DNA of 64,000 bases from NCBI GenBank assembly GCA_965153355.1, contig OZ231126.1, forward strand, positions 21,638,001 through 21,702,000. Direction: 5' to 3'. Each line of letters begins with the position of its first letter. The first letter of the stretch is position 1. Below, one piece after another: positions 17,189-30,122 of the stretch. Under the pieces are notes generated by a model. The model was not told where the DNA came from, did not search any database, and worked only from the letters and a program-made list of their open reading frames with translations. The position numbers and the translations under genes are program-made. The DNA is from Flaccisagitta enflata (taxonomy: Eukaryota).

Positions 17189-17937
17189 CCTCTCTCTCTG
17201 TCTCCTCTTCTCTATCGGTAATGAGATTTGATCCCCTGTGGATCAAAGCCGAGAGAGAATGGATGAGAAAGAAAGAAAGACTCAGAAAACGAAGATGGAG
17301 GACCAGAAATCGAAACGCCAACCAGATGGAAATCAGCAGTTGCAATGGGAAAGAACATGGAGAAGATGTTAAAGGAAAAAGTTGAAGAAGAAGAAGAAGA
17401 AGAGGAAGAAGAAGAAGAAGAATAGGAAGAAGAAGAAGAAGAAGAAGAAGAAGAAGAAGCAAAGAAGGAGAAGAAAAAAAAGAAAAAAGAGAATGAAGAA
17501 AAAGAAAAAGAACAAGAAGAACAATAAGAACAATAAGAACAAGAAGAACAAGAAGAACAAGAAGAATAAGAAGAACAAGAAGAACAAGAAGAACAAGAAG
17601 AACAAGAACACGAACAAGAACAAGAAGAACAAGAAGAAAACGGAAATGAAAAGGATGAAAGTAACAAGTATGTTTTGCTGATAAAAATCTGATACCCAAG
17701 ATCCTAAAAAACGGGAAAAATCCATTAAAAAAAAAACAGATAAAAAAACCAAAAACAAAGGTGGAAAGTAAAAAAACAATAGAGAAACCTTGAATCCCCA
17801 CGGACATTGAGAAGGACTTTTCTTCGAAGGAATGGACGTCAATGAGAAATTGGAGGAAAGTGAGAGGAGATAGACGTGGAATAACTTGGAAGTCGAAAGA
17901 AAAACAAGGATGAAGAAATGGAGGAAAATTTAGGAGC

Positions 17938-18376
17938 AATAGTGGCCCAAAGGCAGTAAGTGGTTAGCGTAAGTGGTGGACGAAGTCCTGTAGAGCACAT
18001 AGGGAATCTGTCTGTCTGTCCATTCTTCCGCCTACCTTCCTTCTGTCCAGAATGCCCTGTTATTCAAACTCAGAGATCAGTTTCTTGGTCTCTGAGGCCA
18101 GAATTTGGGTCTCGGAGGCCGGGATTTAGGTCTTTGAGGTCAAGATCTGGGTCTCAAAGGCTAGGATGTGTGTTATAGAAGCCAGAATCTGGGTATCAGA
18201 AGCCAGAATATAGGTCTAAGGGGCCAAAATGATGGAACTCAGACCAGAATTCAGGTCTCTAGCCAGATTTGGGCCCATTTGCTTGGATTTGGGCCATTTT
18301 GCTTGACTGATGGATGGTCGGACGGACGGACAGATTCCCCCTGTGTTCTACAGGACTCCGTCCCCTTTGGAGCCGC
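17938..18376 (+). mobile_element. Family B satellite-carrying element with asymmetric inverted repeats (degenerate copy)
   Basis: CCCAAAGGCAGTAAGTGG end, GGACGAAGTCCTGTAGA arm and its reverse complement, and internal ~21-bp repeats. Homologous to 52303-53094. Confidence 0.7.
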
Positions 18377-19437
18377 ATTTAACTCCCTTCTCACACTAGG
18401 CCCTGCTCCTTCCTCCGTCCTCAGTTGCCACTTTGGCGCTTCCCAACCTTCCATCCCCTTCAAAAGAAGTGCGATAAGAAACGAAAGATATCTCAGGAAA
18501 AGGTCAGTAAGTCGCATGAGGCGTGGGCAGATGCTATTTCCCTTCCCAGGTAACTTTTTTTTATCCCCGGGAAAATGCAAGAGAACTTTTTTTTTCTTTC
18601 CGCGAGTGAAACCATTTTCCTTCATGTTCCGCGTCGTTGCCTCTGAGCCACCATCTACCTTAAGTCTCAATATTTCAAACAATTACCAAAACCAACGTCC
18701 TATTTCCTTCCTATAAATTTTTGGTAAGGGCAGTTGTAGCTCAACTTCATATCTCCATATCGTCATATCTTTATATCTTCTGGCCAACAGCGATGCACAT
18801 CCATATATTCTACATTCAGGTATTGTCATCGATGTACCGGGTCTGCATGCATCTTCTACATCCTGTTAGCGTTTCAGTGCAGCAACTCCATACACCATAC
18901 AGTGGAGCTTCAATAGAGCGCATCTCATGGAACATGGGATGAAACAAACCCATGCCAATACAGAAGTAATTTTGACATTCTTTCAGAGACCAAAAACTTT
19001 CATCTTAATAGACAGGTGAATACCTTGATAGCGGGTGCGCTCTTGCGAGGTTTGACATGTTAGTCTCTAAGATCCTCATTCATTCCACTGATATTTGGAA
19101 GCCTCCTACATTAAGATGTTATGCCACAACTTTATATATTTACCTTCCACTTGGTAACATTCTGTTACATCTGAATGTAGTGACGCTCTTCCATATATTC
19201 AATATGGTAACATCCTATTTCCTGATTCGTGCATAGTGCCGTCCTTCCATACATTCCACGTCCACTTGGAAGCCTTTTACATCTGAGCATAGTGCCGTCC
19301 TTCCATACATTCCACTTCCACATGTTGGCCTCTGACGTGACGCATTGCTCTAAATTCCCTCATCTTCATTTCCGTTTCTCAGCTCAATTTTGTGCATTGC
19401 CGACCACTCTTGCGGCTTCTGGCCGCCACCACCAACG

Positions 19438-20047
19438 CCACTATAGCCTTAGCCGTTTTCCGCTGCCGCCGCCGCCGCCACCACCGCCACTCCCTCCACC
19501 ATAGCCATAGCCATAGCCGCTTTCCCCCGCCACCACCACCACCGACACTCCCTCCACCATAGCCATAGCCGCTTTCCGGCGCCACCACCACCACCACAGC
19601 CACTCCCTCCACCATAGCCATAGGTGCTTTCTGACACAACCACCACCACTACCGCCACTCCCTCCACAGCCACTCCCTCCACCATAGCCATAGCCGCTTT
19701 GCGCCGCCACCACCACCACCGCCACTCCCTCCACCATAGCCATAGCCGCTTTCCGCTACCACCACCACCACCGACACTCCCTCCACCATAGCCATAGCCG
19801 CTTTCCGGCGCCACTACCACCACCACAGCCACTCCCTCCACCATAGCCATAGGTGCTTTCTGACACCACCACCACTACCGCCACTTCCTCCACAGCCACT
19901 CCCTCCACCATAGCCATAGCCGCTTTGCGCCGCCACCACCACCACCGCCACTCCCTCCACCATAGCCATAGCCGCTTTCCGCCACCACCACCACCACCGC
20001 TACTCCCTCCACCAAAGCTTTAGCCGCTTTCCGCCGCCGCCGCCACC
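19438..20047. repeat. C-rich minisatellite (unit ~50-60 bp) with a ~230-bp higher-order duplication
   Basis: Unit CCATAGCCATAGCCGCTTTC(CGC/CAC)nCACTCCCTCCA. The block starting GACACTCCCTCC recurs at ~19544 and ~19773. Confidence 0.9.
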
Positions 20048-20467
20048 TTGGGGATCGCCTGTCCTTCTTGACAGAATTTGGGTGAAAGGGCAACCTTTCT
20101 CTTCCACAGACGTTTCCTCTTCGTTATTCTTCCACTTATCTTCTCTCATTCTCATCTTCTCATTTCTTAGCCACTTTTTCTTCCTTCTGTTTCACTCTAC
20201 TCCTTCTCTTCCTCCTCTTCCTCCTCCTCCTACTCCCGCCGACCCCTCACCGTCCTCCCATATCCTTCAAAGTCTTAAGATGGATGACCCTCGCAATCCG
20301 AGACTCACAGCCTCGCACCAGCAAAAGAAGAGAGAGAGAGAAAAAAAAAAGTTACAGAGCAGCTGCAGCGACAGCATGAGCAGCAACAGATGCAGCAGCA
20401 GCTATGGCATGAAGAAGCTTCTTTTTTGGTTGTTGTGGCTGTTGTTGTTTTCCAACTTTTTCGTTTG

Positions 20468-20498
20468 ATTGTTGTTGTTGTTGTTGTTGTTGTTGTTT

Positions 20499-20550
<52 letters not shown>

Positions 20551-20564
20551 GGTTGTGGTTGTGG

Positions 20565-20635
<71 letters not shown>
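20468..20635. repeat. (GTT)n microsatellite
   Basis: Directly visible. Confidence 0.95.
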
Positions 20636-20636
<1 letters not shown>

Positions 20637-20966
20637 GGACTGTTGCTCAGGTAAGAACAGAGAACATATGTTAAAGTTAAAGAACGGAAATGATGGCAAA
20701 CGAACTTAGAAATGTACTTATCGTGACTATGTTGTTCGAAATATATCTTATCTTTTTCATTCTATGAGTATATTTTTCATTGATATATTTTGACCGTTTG
20801 GCGAGAAAAATCTAAAGCCAATTGACGTTTATGAATGAAATGATTTAACCTCATGTCAACGTGTCAGGAACACAAGAAAAACTAAATAGATGGCTCAAAG
20901 ATGGCTGAATGAGAAACAAAGTGAAGATTTAGCACTTCTGTCTTCTTTTTTTTTCACTTTTTCTCC

Positions 20967-21174
20967 TTTTTCTAGTCGTATGCCTCGTGACTCTACACCC
21001 CGCTTTGTCTGTCGGTCGGTCGTTTCGTCGGTTGGTCGGTTGGTCACGTTTCACTAATTAATGTTTCTGCGGTGTTTGGCCTCACAATTCCTGCCAAAAT
21101 GCTCTACTGACCTCACATACAGCCTCTGCCAACCCGTATGCGACTGGGGTAGCTGTGTGTATCCGACCTTGTTT
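20967..21174 (-). mobile_element. Family A DINE-1/HINE-like element (diverged)
   Basis: Same terminal motifs and (GTCG)n core as the other family A copies. Confidence 0.6.
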
Positions 21175-21233
21175 CTAATTCATTCTGTTTTTCCTTCATT
21201 TTCTCTCTTTCTTTCCTTATTTCTTTCTTTTTT

Positions 21234-21313
<80 letters not shown>

Positions 21314-21329
21314 TTTTTCTTTTTTTTTT

Positions 21330-21393
<64 letters not shown>

Positions 21394-22351
21394 TTTTTCT
21401 TTCTTCTCTCACTTTTTCTCTCTATCTCACTCCTCTTCAGTTTTACTTTCTTTTCTTGTAGCTCCCTTCATCCCTCATTTTCTCACATCTCTATTTTTCT
21501 TCATCTTTTTTCAGTCTTTCAGGCCGTCATCATCGTCATTGCAGTAAATTCCCAATAGCCATAAAAGTCGCTGGCTTTCAGTTCATCCAACACGCTGAGC
21601 GAAGAAGAGAAAATGATTTGCGAATATCCAGTGTGAGGCTGATGTTGAATAGAGACCAGAATGTGTGGGAGACGAAATGGATAGTGCACTGTTATGGTAG
21701 TAGATATCGAGTAGATATGGTCATATGGAGATACTTGGATGCTTCAAAATCAAAACTGCAGCTTTGGCAGCAATGGCTCGAAATGTGGTTGTTGGACAGA
21801 CAAAGTAAAAACCTATGAAGTAAAAATGACCATGTAAATGTATTGGTCAGACATTGATGATCACTACCAATTAGAAGTAAAAAGTTAGACAAAGGACCGG
21901 ATACTGCTCAGCCGTATAGCTCGTGCAAATGTCATTTGTAATTTTCAACTTGCGTTAATAGAACAGTAGGAATTTTGTGATACAAGCGATTTTCATGAGC
22001 AAGATCGCGAACCGACTGCCCCTTTCTCTTACAAGTTACAAGCTTTTGGTCTGCGGCCATCGTGGTTCATCCATCACGAGTCAGGGATTACCACCGCTCC
22101 CCTACTTTCCCCTGCGAAGGGTCACGTCATGATACCCGTAATAATGACTCTCCGTGTAACGATTCTGTCGGAATAACGATCCTCGCAGGAACGATTTGCA
22201 CGCAGTAACGATTCTCTTTAGGCCCATCGGAAGACTACCTCGACAACCTTTTTTTTAAGAATACGTCAAAAGTCCCCGGGAAGGTCCTTGCAAAAGGGCA
22301 AGAGTCAGAACCATAATCCATTTAGAACCTTGGCTAGGCCAGCCAGGCGCA

Positions 22352-22404
<53 letters not shown>

Positions 22405-22846
22405 GAAGGGCGTTATCCTCAAGTCAGACCTTCTTGTCCAGTCGCGCACAAAAGCGATGTTATCCTTGGCACAAAAGTACTTAAAGTGTTAAAGGTCAAG
22501 GAAGGGAAAATGGTAACGAAACGTGAGTCTGAGCCTGAACGAGTCTTGAAAGTAACACATTCAAAAGGAGAGAGAATGAAGGGATCAATTATCGCAGAAA
22601 TTTGTTGGTTGACCTTCTGTTGGATCTATCCTGCCTGTTTTAATGCGCGGTTACATGAAATGTCCATGAAGAAGTATCAACCATGAAATTGCCCAACGCG
22701 GTGGCATCCTCCTTTGCTTTTTGGCAATTTGCAGCAAACTCATTAATCGCCGAGCCACGGCTAGTTTTTTTAATCTAGGAATATAGGGATGTGAAAAAGA
22801 GTATGGACTATATGGTACATATGCCATGGCAGCAAAAATTCAAACA

Positions 22847-22945
<99 letters not shown>

Positions 22946-23280
22946 CTTATGCAAGAGAGAAATTAACGAAGCAACTAAGTCGTGGAAACTTTATCGCCCC
23001 ATCGTAAAGATGGCGAAAAAACACGCGAGAGCTCGTAATCCTTAGGTTTTTTTTCCTTTTCTCTACGAACACACGACACCAGTAGTCGATTGGTCCGTAG
23101 GCTCGCTTTCCCCCATACCTCAACTCATGCAACATCATCGTCTCTTTGAATGCGATGTTTGATGTGAAATGTCACGCTGCTCCCCGTTGTATTGACCCTG
23201 CAAAATAGATCAGACTCTAACAGACTGTATATCAATCCATCGGCCTTCATAAAAGTAGGCATTGATGCCTTTTTAAAAAG

Positions 23281-23496
23281 ACAAGGCCAGATACACGGCT
23301 ACCACAGTCGCTTACGGGTGGGCAGGGGCCATATTTGAGGTCAGCCGAGCATTCGGGCAGGAGCAGTAAGGTCCAAAAGCTCAAAAACGCAGAAAAAGTA
23401 AATTGTGACGGACGGACGGACCGATGCACCGACGGACCGACCGACGGACCGACGGACCGACAAAGCGGGTTGTAGAGTCATGTGCACGCGACTAAA
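23281..23496 (+). mobile_element. Family A DINE-1/HINE-like element
   Basis: ACAAGGCCAGATACACGGC...GGGTGGGCAGGGG...(GACG/GACC)n...GTGCACGCGACTAAA. Confidence 0.7.
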
Positions 23497-23889
23497 GACT
23501 TTTTCTGTGGACGCATCGGGTCTCCTCCTGATTGACGAGTTTCTTGTTAGTCTCACTTTTGCCACTCATTACCTTGCTCACCACTTTCCTCTTCTTTGCC
23601 CCGTTCAAAATTTTAAGACAGAATGAAAAAAAAGGTTTAATTGCTTTTTTCTTTTCCTTTTTTTTCTTTTTTTCGCCATTTCCACTTTCTCTTTCAGGTT
23701 TTGCAATCCTTTTTGCGTCGTAAATTGCTCAAGAACGGCATCGAGTCATTAACGTTATTCCCAACTCAAAACCATCGCAGGTGGAACAGGCTACATGTTA
23801 CGATACCCACCTCCATCACCAACCGACAACTGTTGCGATGGAAACCACCACCACAGATTGAATTTCAGGGAGTTGAGGTAAACTGCGTT

Positions 23890-24178
23890 CAGGGTACGAC
23901 AAAGTGCCTAAGCACGCAAGCATTGCTTGTAGGCAGCTAGCCTATTTTGTAGGCAAGAAAAAAGATGTATGAGGATATTTTTACAAAAAAAAAATAAAGA
24001 TAAAAATGACTTTTTAACGGAATATTCAAGGGTTCTCTCATTAGTTCTTATGCGAATGATATCACAAAAAATACACCTAATATCTATTGTTATCTTTCTA
24101 AAATCACACATTCTCTTTGTAGGCAGCAGTTAATGAAAAATTCTGCTTGTAGGCAGCCCCAAATTTTGTCGCACCTTG
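23890..24178. mobile_element. hAT-superfamily MITE
   Basis: TIRs CAGGGTACGACAAA and TTTGTCGCACCTTG, with an exact 8-bp TSD ACTGCGTT at 23882-23889 and 24179-24186, and repeated subterminal TTGTAGGCAG motifs. An 8-bp TSD with CAG termini is characteristic of hAT. Confidence 0.85.
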
Positions 24179-24498
24179 ACTGCGTTTAGGATAAAAATTT
24201 TAAAGTAAGACACAGTTACGCCCATTTATACTACTTATTATATTATCCTTTATGATGCGTTAGTTTTGTATCAGAGAACTATCCTACACAGTTCTTTCCA
24301 TAAGGCCTCAGCATATGCGGCCATTTCCTTTCGATCTACATACTCTTCTTCATCTTTTCTTATTTTAAGTATCTTGCCAGCCGAGTCCGATTTCTATATC
24401 ATCTTTCATGGCCATCTTTTAGGAGGCATAGAAGGCCGCCTGCTTCATACAAAAAGGGCCCAAATCGCCATTTGAAGAGAGATTTCACATTTAACGAT

Positions 24499-24533
<35 letters not shown>

Positions 24534-25204
24534 GTGGACGATGGTAGTGGTGAATCTGTAAAGTTGGTGTTCCATCATATCCTTACTCTTCTAGGAGTTT
24601 GCTTGGTAAATCGTTTCTTTGTCTAAAGGGTGGTATTCTGTCTCTATTCTGTTGTAGAAAAAAAAATGGTATGGGGAATGAAAGAAATAGTTGTTGTGAT
24701 GACATTTGAAAAGGAACAGTTTTAACCCGCTCTAACGTACCCGCTTTATCAGAATTTAGTCCATAGCGGATACTATTTCTTGATACCTTCAGCCTGTTTT
24801 CTTTCATTTTCTTTACTGGTCCTACTGGATAAAACAGAATTACACTTATAACAGATAAAACTTGTTGGTGCCCTGAGATCAGAAAGAGCGGGATGTAACT
24901 GTAGTTCACTTCATAATGGCAATATTACTTATGGTTAGATGGTCATTGATACAAGACTGATGAAGAGGGTGGTGCCATTAACAAAGTATTGTATAGTAAA
25001 GAAACGGGATAATGAAATTGGAATGAGATAGTGGTGAACTGGTGGTGTGACGAGAAAGTTGGTCTCCGAGATTATGGTGGCAGTATCAAGTGTAAGTAGA
25101 GATGGGGGAAGAGAGTCGTAAAAATAGCGTCGGTAACGATAATGACTTTTTTCCGTCTTCAGCCTTAACGACTTTCTCTCTTTTTGACGCCGTTTCTCTC
25201 ATTT

Positions 25205-25300
<96 letters not shown>

Positions 25301-26451
25301 TCTCTTTCTCTTTTTTTTTTCTGCTCTGCTATTTCTCTTTTTCCGAATTACACGAAAATATTTTCTCGCTTTCCAAATTGAATTTCTTTTCTTCTTCTAC
25401 AAAAAATTTTTTGTTAAACTACAAATTATAAACAAACAAATTCAACTTTTCCCGGCCAATTTGAGAGCAAGCAACAAAACATCGAACAGAACGGTTTTTT
25501 TTCTCGATATTTTGTAAGTTCATTAACCAACCAATGGATTACTGTCTGGATTACCTTCTGCTTTTACAAACAATCACAAGGTCAGTTACAAATTTCTTCC
25601 TAAAACATATTTATCATACGACATGTCGTTTAGAATGTAACATAATTCTGCAATCATATTTTTTTTTTGTTTAATTCCCCTCCATTCTCATTTTTAAAGG
25701 ACGGCGTGAGTTGAAATTGCCGGTTTGGATGTTTTTGTGTGTAAAAGGTTAGGTCTTGATTAAGTACAGAATGACATCATGCCACATTCAGTCACTCATG
25801 TTCAGTGGTCAATCTCTGACTTTTTAGATTGTTATCCAAGCAATGGCTTTAACGAGAGTAGCCGTTGGCCGAGCTGTAAAGCCGCAGCTGCTGAATTCTT
25901 CTCAACTGAATCTAATTTTGAAAATGAAGAAAAAAAACTCTTCAATCGAATGGGCAGCGGCAGCAGCCGCACTTTTTCTCCTTCCATTTGAATCATAAAA
26001 AAAACTGAGTTACGAAAATCAGAATCTAATCAGAGGAAAACTGCATGACCAACCAACAGACAGACTGACCGACCGACCGACACATCCTCTTTACGACGTG
26101 CTTTGACGCACAGAGGAATTCAGACACTCATGCTTTTAAACTAAACAAGATCTTGTTATCTATCAACCGTAGATATGGTTCTATAAACTCGTGATTTACG
26201 TTTTGCCCAAGATGAGATTTACGATTGACAATTTAGCGTTCATAAATTGTCGAGGTTCGCAATTCGATCGTCCATGAAAAAAAAATTGCTTCTCTCTCTT
26301 AAGACCGGAGATGAAGCTTTAATTGTCAGTTTAACATGATTTGATGGCAATCATTCAAGAATAGATGAGCAAAAAAGTGAAAACTGGAAACTTTTTAAGC
26401 AAACATTTAAACCAATAATTGCGCAGATTGGGGATGAGTGAATGAACCTTT

Positions 26452-26562
26452 TTGAATGAATGAATGAATGAATGAATGAATGAATGAATGAATGAATGAA
26501 TGAATGAATGAACGAATGAATGAATGAATGAATGAATGAATGAATGAATGAATGAATGAATG
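26452..26562. repeat. (AATG)n microsatellite
   Basis: Directly visible. Confidence 0.95.
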
Positions 26563-27585
26563 GAAAGAAATGAATGTGTATGGGATGGGAGGTGAAAGGC
26601 AAAAAGAAAGACCTCTAAATAGGCAGTTTTGCATGGAGTTAACGTTTGCTTGACGGACAGCCAAATGGACTGACCGACCATCCAACAAACCCATCAACAT
26701 GACCTCTTATGGATGTACGAGGACGCACTCAAAAGATGAAAGATCAATGTGGCGCGCGTTTAACTAAATTTCAAAAAGAGATGAGCTACCCTGCCAGTAA
26801 AGTCTCAAGAAAGCAACGACTACGCAAAGCAGCTTGAAGATGACTCATCACTAGCCACAAAATTGAACACATGCCATGTTGGATTTACTGATTGAGGGCT
26901 GATTGATTTACTGAATAATGGCTTTGATAAGTTTTAGAGTTTGGGGTTGACTCAGAGTAACTTGATGGATTTGTCTCAATTAGTGGGAGGGATCTTGATT
27001 TGAGGTTATGGGTGTTATGAGCATTGTACAATGGGAAGATCAGATGGCTGTGAGGAGCTTAGGGCGTTCAGCACACTCATCTGGTACTCTTTCTTGTCAC
27101 TTGCACATCTCACAAATAGCTGACAATTATAGATTTTTCTTGCTGTTGATTTGTATCTGTTGAGCCGCTTTGTGGTAAGGTTTGAAGTGGATTTTGATGA
27201 TTCTAAGGATAGCTGTGAGCATGAGGGATCCGGATGAAACACCAGTTAGAGCTCCCAAGGCTCTTGTCCTTATTCTAGATTTTTTTTTATGAAGTAATGT
27301 TGTCCAACTCCATGTAGGTGCTCGGTTCAGTTGTTAGTGAAAAAAAATAGAAGTAGTCATAACTGGTAGCATATTTCATTAACCACACCGGCCAAATCCA
27401 TAAAACCCAATTCACAGAGTACACAGTCAATGTGTAATCAGCACTGTCATCTTTACCGGATGGACGCACTTCTCTTGATATTACTTTCAAATAGATCAGC
27501 ACTCAAATAAGGTTTTAATGTCAACTACAACTTCACACGCTTTACATCAAAGTCAAGGAAACAAATTAACTCGCCTGCGTGGAGT

Positions 27586-27668
<83 letters not shown>

Positions 27669-27838
27669 AAAGCATTTGATTGGATTCATAAAATGACTAC
27701 AAACGTCAAAGCCAGATTGATTATTGACAAAAACTCGCAACGCTGTTGAAATAAAAAGAGGAGAAAGAAGTAGAAAAAAAAGAAACGCGGCGTCCACACC
27801 GAGAAAAATAGTAAATCGTAATAAACGTTGATTTCTAC

Positions 27839-29549
27839 CTGCCATTGCCATCCACGGATAAATGGAGAGCGGGTCTAAGTGGTAAGGAGCCGCGGCAGCA
27901 GCCGCGGAGGCGACGATGGATGCAGCGGTGGTGCCATTAGAGGCCGCGGCCATCGTCGATGTTCCCCCACCGCACTCAGCAGCTACGGCAGCAGCAGCCG
28001 AGGATGACGTAGAAACGTTATTGTTGTTACTCAATGCCGCTGCAGCAGCAGCAGCAACGACAGAAGAAGAGGAAGAATTAGCAGACGATCTCGAAGGAAA
28101 CGAAGAAGTAGGCGTGCCGCTGGATGCAACAGCAGCGGCAGCAGCAGCTGCGGAAGTTCCATCTAGCGTAGAGCTCGTTAAACTTCTGACTACAGACTGA
28201 TGAGATTGGGCACCCGTTGGAAGAGAGGAAGAAGAGTATCTACTGGACATGACGGAGAGGCAACCGGTGCTACTGTTGTTGTTGTTGTTGTTACTGCTGT
28301 TATTGTTATTGTTGTTGCTGTTGTTTGACTGATGAGGTTGTTGTTGAGGCGAAGGGGAGGCAGGCACCGTTGGCTGGGAGATGGAAGATAAGGGAGACCC
28401 GGGACTATGTTGCTGATGTGAATGACTGTTATTGGACCGTTGTTGATGTTGCTGTTGTTGATGTTGATGCTGTGATTGATGTTGGGAAGGTGTTGAGGTA
28501 ATGGGAAGAGGAGGCGAATGTTCATTGATAGACTCGGAAGAGTGATGATGACTTTGATGATGCGAGGAGGCGTGGACGTGTTCGTGACTTAGATGACTCG
28601 AATGCTGCTGATGTTGTTGTTGTTGCTGTTGTTGTTGCTGTTGCTGTTGTTGCAAGTGATGTTGCACTTGTTGGGATAGTGACGCTGTATGATGCGATGA
28701 CATCAACTCCATTTGTCTATCATTGAGCGAATTAGAGTAAGAATCGAGGTAAGAGCTGCCGTTGACGCCGAGGGTACTGCCGACGCCGAGGCTGCTGTCG
28801 CCGGTGGAGGCGTGACTTCCGGCGCTCGAATTTCCGGCGCCGTGTTGACTTTTTGAAGGAACGACGCCGGCAGAAGTGGAAGCGGCGTGTAAATGATGAT
28901 GAGCGGCGGAAGCGGGATGCGGCGCCGAAGCGGCGGCGTCAAGATGGTAAGGATGATGCACATTAAAGGCATTCATGCCGACGTAAGAGGATTTGGAGGA
29001 GGAAGAAGAGGAGGAGGAAGAGGAGGAGGAGGAGGAGGTCAAATTACTGTGTCGTTGATCAGCGACGCCGGAGTGGTAATGCGATGACGGGTGATGAGGG
29101 TGATGGTGATGAGAATGATGGTGATAGTCGGAAGGCGAGGACAGACTGATTGGCGCCGTTGCCACTCCCATGGGACCGTTGAGGAGCGATGAAGCCACCC
29201 CACCACCACCGCCACCTCCAGCTCCACCCCCATTGGGTGATCCGCCACCACCGCCAAGGGCTCCACCAGAGCCACCTCCCATTCCGGACGAATGACAATA
29301 CCCACCGGAGCCCGGCGGGGTTGGGGGATGACCGAGTCCCCCGATGCTGCCCAAGCCGGAGCCGTAAGTTGACGTCGACAACCCGTCTCCGAGACTTCCG
29401 CCGTAACTTCCGACGGCTGAGTTGGGCGGCGTCGACATGGTGGCGCCCAGAGGATGCACATCGGCCGCAGACCCGTAATATTGGTGATGATGAGGATGGT
29501 GGTGATGCGGGTGGGGGTGAGGGTGATTGTTGTATAACGTAGTTTCCAT
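27839..29549 (-). CDS. First coding exon of a central-class Hox transcription factor, Ubx-like (Ubx/abd-A/Lox2/Lox4, Hox8-type group); homeobox exon not in window
   Basis: The only long ORF that is not a microsatellite translation (track 27585..29549). ATG is in AAAAATGG context. Runs of His, Gly, Ser, Gln, Asn and Ala are typical of Hox N-terminal regions. It ends in PLSIYPWMAMAG, with the YPWM Pbx/Exd-binding hexapeptide at residues 564-567, followed by GCA G|GTAGAA (GT at 27838-27837, phase 1). This mirrors Ubx FYPWMAIAG, whose Gly codon is split by an intron. The paralog is not certain without the homeodomain. Confidence 0.88.
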
Positions 29550-29763
29550 TTTTAAGATGAGGAGAGGTGGTTGTGTTTATTAAATGTTGTTTAATAAAGT
29601 GTGGTTCTTAGTTTAGTTTGACTGTGTCTGATTGCCGTTTAACGATTTGAAATTTGTAGTGTTTGACGAATTGTGGATTTGTCTTGAGCTTTTTCTCAAT
29701 TTTTCGATCTTAGATGGGAAATTTGGCTCGGGCCGAAGTTTTGATAGTCATTTTGTTTTTCAA

Positions 29764-29790
29764 CTGAGTGAAGAAAAAAACAACCAATAA
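29764..29790 (-). other. Candidate 3' splice acceptor in the Hox 5' leader
   Basis: Minus strand reads TTGGTTGTTTTTTTCTTCACTCAG|TTG: a polypyrimidine tract plus CAG (AG at 29765-29764), 214 nt upstream of the ATG. Confidence 0.5.
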
Positions 29791-30029
29791 ATGCTTTCAA
29801 ATCATGTTTTTTTTTAACTGTCTAACCTTTTATGAACAAATGAAGTCGAGAGTATCGGCTGATAGAAAAGTAATCATGAAGTTAAATTTGATCGATTCTG
29901 ACGTTGAAGGCAAATAAAGAAAAACGAGAAATTAAAAAAAAAGAGCAATAACAACCGAAGACGAAATGCCGATAAAATTGGAAGAAAATGGTAATAAAAA
30001 TGAAAAAAAGAAAAGAGATCGGTTTTTCA

Positions 30030-30058
30030 TCTTTCTTTCTTTCTTTTTTTCTTTTTCT

Positions 30059-30122
<64 letters not shown>

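Noticed and set aside
27585..27838. C-terminal part of the 654-aa ORF (RNQRLL...SLSLSH)
   Set aside because: It reads through the GT donor after YPWMAMAG into intron sequence and an (AG)n microsatellite, so it is not treated as coding.
27916..29542. Antisense and alternative-frame ORFs overlapping the Hox exon
   Set aside because: These are expected shadow ORFs of GC-rich low-complexity coding sequence, with no independent evidence.
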